Shown: in pieces, positions 60,920 to 64,000 of the stretch
Layout: every line of letters begins with the position of its first letter
How positions within the stretch are numbered: the stretch's first letter is position 1
Sequence record: NC_028927.1
DNA: 64,000 bases
Source of the DNA: Escherichia phage slur02
Direction: 5' to 3' (one strand)
Translations under genes and position numbers: made by a program
The notes under the pieces: model-generated
Seen by the model: only the letters and a program-made list of their open reading frames with translations
Told to the model about the DNA's origin: nothing
Database searches by the model: none

Positions 60920-62075
60920 TTAACTGTTCGAGGTCAGTTTCTAAATCAGCAGCTGATTTACTTTTACTTTCTGGAGATTTAAATTTTTCAACCTTTGAGT
61001 TAATCAATTCATCAACTTCAGCTTCAACAATTTCATTACTATCAATAGCACCTAACTGATAAGCACGTTTAATAGCATCTCGGAATGGTTGATGCTTAAA
61101 TAAAGGACCCCAGAATGTAGTGCAGTTGGTATCTTTTGCACGCCAAGATTTTTCTTCGCGAATCATCTCGCCGGTTTCTTCATCAAGAAATTCGCGAGCA
61201 TACCAGCCATTTTTTGGTTTTACTACAAATCCTAATTCTAGAGCCATATCTAACAATCCAGAATAAGGATCGATACCACCGTCAAATTTAACATCAATAA
61301 AGAATTTACTTTTTTCTTTAACGGTACGAGATTTTTCTACATTTAGAACAAATTGATACCCCTGAAGATCAGAACCATCTTTAATCTGGCGTTTACCGAT
61401 AATGAATACGGTATCAGCCGAATACATTACGCCTGTACCACCTGTCATCACGGTTTTACTAAACATTTCAATTGTTTCAATTGTATGGTTAACCGCAACA
61501 CATGGAATATTTTTAATGCTAAAATAAGGAGTAACAATACGGAATAATGACTTCAGTGATTTAGCACGAGTCATATCTGCCACAGATTTTTCATTCAAGG
61601 CATCTTCCGTTTCTTTCTTAGAAGCCATATTACCGATTGAGTCGATGAATACAATAACCTTTTCACCACGCTCAATAGCTTCAAGCTGATTCACCATGTC
61701 AATTTTCAGTTGTTCAACTGACTGGATTGGTGTATGAATTACTCGTTCCGGGTCAACTCCCATGGATCGCAAATAAGCTGGAGTAATACCAAATTCGCTA
61801 TCATAGAATAGACAAACCGCGTCAGGATATTTGTTCAAATATGCCGCAACCATAGTCAAAGACATATTTGATTTAAAGTGTTTAGAAGGCCCTGCGAAAA
61901 TAGTTAAACCAGACTGCATACCGCCATCAATCGCACCAGAAATAGCGATATTAAGCATTGGGATTTTTGTACGGATTACATCCTTTTCATTAAAGAATTT
62001 AGATGTAGTCAGTTCAGCAGTCATTTTAGAAGTGGAAGCTTTAATCAAACGGGATTTTAAATCTGCAATAGACAT
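60894..62075 (-). CDS. uvsX: UvsX recombinase (RecA-like), 393 aa
   Basis: Walker A GPSKHFKS; RecA fold motifs; acidic C-terminus. Confidence 0.95.
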   Translation of the reverse strand: MSIADLKSRLIKASTSKMTAELTTSKFFNEKDVIRTKIPMLNIAISGAIDGGMQSGLTIFAGPSKHFKSNMSLTMVAAYLNKYPDAVCLFYDSEFGITPAYLRSMGVDPERVIHTPIQSVEQLKIDMVNQLEAIERGEKVIVFIDSIGNMASKKETEDALNEKSVADMTRAKSLKSLFRIVTPYFSIKNIPCVAVNHTIETIEMFSKTVMTGGTGVMYSADTVFIIGKRQIKDGSDLQGYQFVLNVEKSRTVKEKSKFFIDVKFDGGIDPYSGLLDMALELGFVVKPKNGWYAREFLDEETGEMIREEKSWRAKDTNCTTFWGPLFKHQPFRDAIKRAYQLGAIDSNEIVEAEVDELINSKVEKFKSPESKSKSAADLETDLEQLSDMEEFNE

Positions 62076-62152
62076 TCATTTTTTCCATAGGCATCATTAT
62101 ATTTTCCTCACTGGTTAAAGATAGAGTAATTATAACACAATAAATTTAGGCA

Positions 62153-63001
62153 TTAATCAACTGCTATTGGATGAATAGCATTAAACTTATGAAATGCTTC
62201 TGATTTTTCTTTACGCGAAACACACATGCGAAGAACCTTTAGTGGTTCATCTTCTTCACCCAACGATTTTCGTTTTTCAATATTCGATGTTTTCCAACGA
62301 GCTTGCTCTGGAAACTCTCTATTGATTTGCTCAAGCGCTCTATTATGTTTAGAATTACTGCGAATTGAACTACATCCGCCAGGAGCTTGTGCTTTTCCAG
62401 ATACAACCAGATATTTGAACAAGGCCAAATGCGGATAACCTTGATTAATTAAATTGAGAAATGCATACATATCTTCGCATAAATCAATTTTTCCATACCC
62501 AATTTGTTCTGTCGTAAGTTTTCCGAGGTCATACCATGTATTCGTGAATCCATATGAATTTTCACGATAATTACCCCAAGATGAAGTAATTTTAAAAATA
62601 GGTAGACGAGCATGGCCATGATAATACCCGCAATCCATAGCATCCTCAACATATTGAATCAATTCATAGAACTGTTCACGAGTCAATTGATTAATTTTAT
62701 CTACACAACGACGATCATCTCTTTTTCGCATTGAACTCATACGAATAGTAGTATCATCGTCAATCATCCAAATTCGTTGACCTGCATACATATCAGTAAT
62801 TGCTTTACGAGTTCCAGCAATTCCATTTACATCATCAGGAATAGTTATAATTTTAGCTCTAGACCCATAGGCATCATAATAAGCTTTTTCTTCGTGTTCA
62901 CGTACTACAATATGTGGTTCATAATCAGTCGGAAACATATCAAGGGCAGAAACTGCCCCTACACGTTGATAGCTTGGAATTACGAATTGAATCATTTCCA
63001 C
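62153..63001 (-). CDS. glycosyltransferase, candidate beta-glucosyl-HMC-alpha-glucosyltransferase of T2/T6 type (282 aa)
   Basis: Occupies the bgt slot between uvsX and 42 but is 282 aa, not the 351 aa of T4 beta-gt; acidic DDD motif (IWMIDDDTTI) typical of nucleotide-sugar transferases. Confidence 0.55.
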   Translation of the reverse strand: MEMIQFVIPSYQRVGAVSALDMFPTDYEPHIVVREHEEKAYYDAYGSRAKIITIPDDVNGIAGTRKAITDMYAGQRIWMIDDDTTIRMSSMRKRDDRRCVDKINQLTREQFYELIQYVEDAMDCGYYHGHARLPIFKITSSWGNYRENSYGFTNTWYDLGKLTTEQIGYGKIDLCEDMYAFLNLINQGYPHLALFKYLVVSGKAQAPGGCSSIRSNSKHNRALEQINREFPEQARWKTSNIEKRKSLGEEDEPLKVLRMCVSRKEKSEAFHKFNAIHPIAVD

Positions 63002-63732
63002 TCACCGTTATAATCTTTTTTCACAATATGAGTTTCGCCAGTATTCCACCAATGATCAACCAAGTAAAAATGACGAGAATATACATGAAGACTTCCAACA
63101 TTCCATATAATAGAACCTGCTTTATACTGACGAGTTGAATCGCCTGCATTCAAATCAGATACTAATTTATCTAATACGTATTTTTGCCATGCATAATCAT
63201 TACGGAATCCGAAGACCACGTCATTTGAGCGCATGCTTACTACTGCATTGACTTTCTTATCACGAATCAGGTATTGTACTGTATTAGTACACATGAAATC
63301 TGACATGCCATCTTTATTGTAGTCAAATTGCATGGATGGACGAGTATAAATCATGATACCACGTCGAGAATCAGGGTTTTGACCAAGTTCAGCTAAACAC
63401 ATATCATACTGGGCATAGTTATCTTCTGACCAAATAGCCCAACCATAATTTGAGTTAATTTCACCTTTAGAAGATGCTACCTGCTGCCAAATCTTTGGTG
63501 TTTCACCTGGAATATCTTTAACAAACAAGCTTTTAGATTTATACCATTCAAGTTCACGCTGAATGTATTCATCATTAAGAGCGCCAAAAATAAACGGTTC
63601 ATCTGCTACAAATGATGCGCCAATAATTTCAATAGTTTTAACACCAGTTTTATCAACTACGAAATCTTTTTCTTTTAATGCAATCCCCAAATGAAGACGG
63701 ATTTCTTCAACTGTCATAGAGTCATTAATCAT
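62992..63732 (-). CDS. 42: gp42 dCMP hydroxymethylase (246 aa)
   Basis: 246 aa as T4 gp42; thymidylate-synthase-like fold. Confidence 0.9.
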   Translation of the reverse strand: MINDSMTVEEIRLHLGIALKEKDFVVDKTGVKTIEIIGASFVADEPFIFGALNDEYIQRELEWYKSKSLFVKDIPGETPKIWQQVASSKGEINSNYGWAIWSEDNYAQYDMCLAELGQNPDSRRGIMIYTRPSMQFDYNKDGMSDFMCTNTVQYLIRDKKVNAVVSMRSNDVVFGFRNDYAWQKYVLDKLVSDLNAGDSTRQYKAGSIIWNVGSLHVYSRHFYLVDHWWNTGETHIVKKDYNGEWK

Positions 63733-63739
63733 TTAAACC

Positions 63740-63889
63740 TCAATTGATACATTCATATTTAACTTGTAACAGTAATAAGCTCCAACCTAAAATAATAGTT
63801 GGAATCATAAGAGGAACCGTTACACTATAGTATATACTTATTATAACCATCAAGATTAAAAGCAACACTGTTATAATTTTGCTTTTCAT
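63740..63889 (-). CDS. possible small membrane protein (approx 49 aa) upstream of gene 42
   Basis: Hand translation MKSKIITVLLLILMVIISIYYSVTVPLMIP...; below track cutoff; imm-region position. Confidence 0.3.
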   Translation of the reverse strand: MKSKIITVLLLILMVIISIYYSVTVPLMIPTIILGWSLLLLQVKYECIN

Positions 63890-64000
63890 TCCTTCTCTCT
63901 GATGATAATTACCTGATTTAGTTGTGCAGACTTTTTAGTTTCACCCGCAATTGACCAAATAAATGTAATAAACCAACCAATAATTGACCAGTTAAACAGT

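Overview
This window is a 64 kb segment of a T-even (T4-like, Tevenvirinae) phage genome, collinear with the T4 map from rIII/gene 31 to gene 42. Minus strand, early/middle genes, in window order: rIII, 31, cd, pseT, alc-like, rnlA, denA, nrdB, an HNH endonuclease (mobE-like), nrdA, td, frd, 32, 59, 33, dsbA, rnh; then asiA, arn-like, motA, 52, stp, ndd, denB, rIIB, rIIA, 39, dexA, dda, srd, modA, modB, soc, 56, 61, sp, dmd, 41, 40, uvsX, a glycosyltransferase and 42. Plus strand, late genes: long tail fiber genes 34-35-36-37-38 and holin t. Several features point to a T2/T6-type rather than T4-type phage: gp38 is a 261 aa glycine-rich adhesin, gp37 carries a C-terminal intramolecular-chaperone domain, gene 39 is uninterrupted (no gene 60 split), td and nrdB have no introns, and there is no segF between soc and 56. 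Minus-strand intergenic gaps carry a recurring family of early promoters (GTTTAC-N17/18-TAtAAT), often directly preceded by GC-rich terminator hairpins. I found no rRNA, tRNA or CRISPR. I did not find a clearly new multi-gene system; the best candidates for follow-up are the duplicated domain family with a 46 bp direct repeat in the 61.x region, an ORF inserted between td and frd, a plus-strand small membrane ORF between 56 and 61, and the clusters of small accessory ORFs. All protein identifications rest on recognised motifs, lengths and synteny recalled from T4 biology; no database search was run. Coordinates I derived by hand (promoters, hairpins, sub-60-aa ORFs, trimmed starts) are approximate to a few nt; ORF-track coordinates are used unchanged otherwise.
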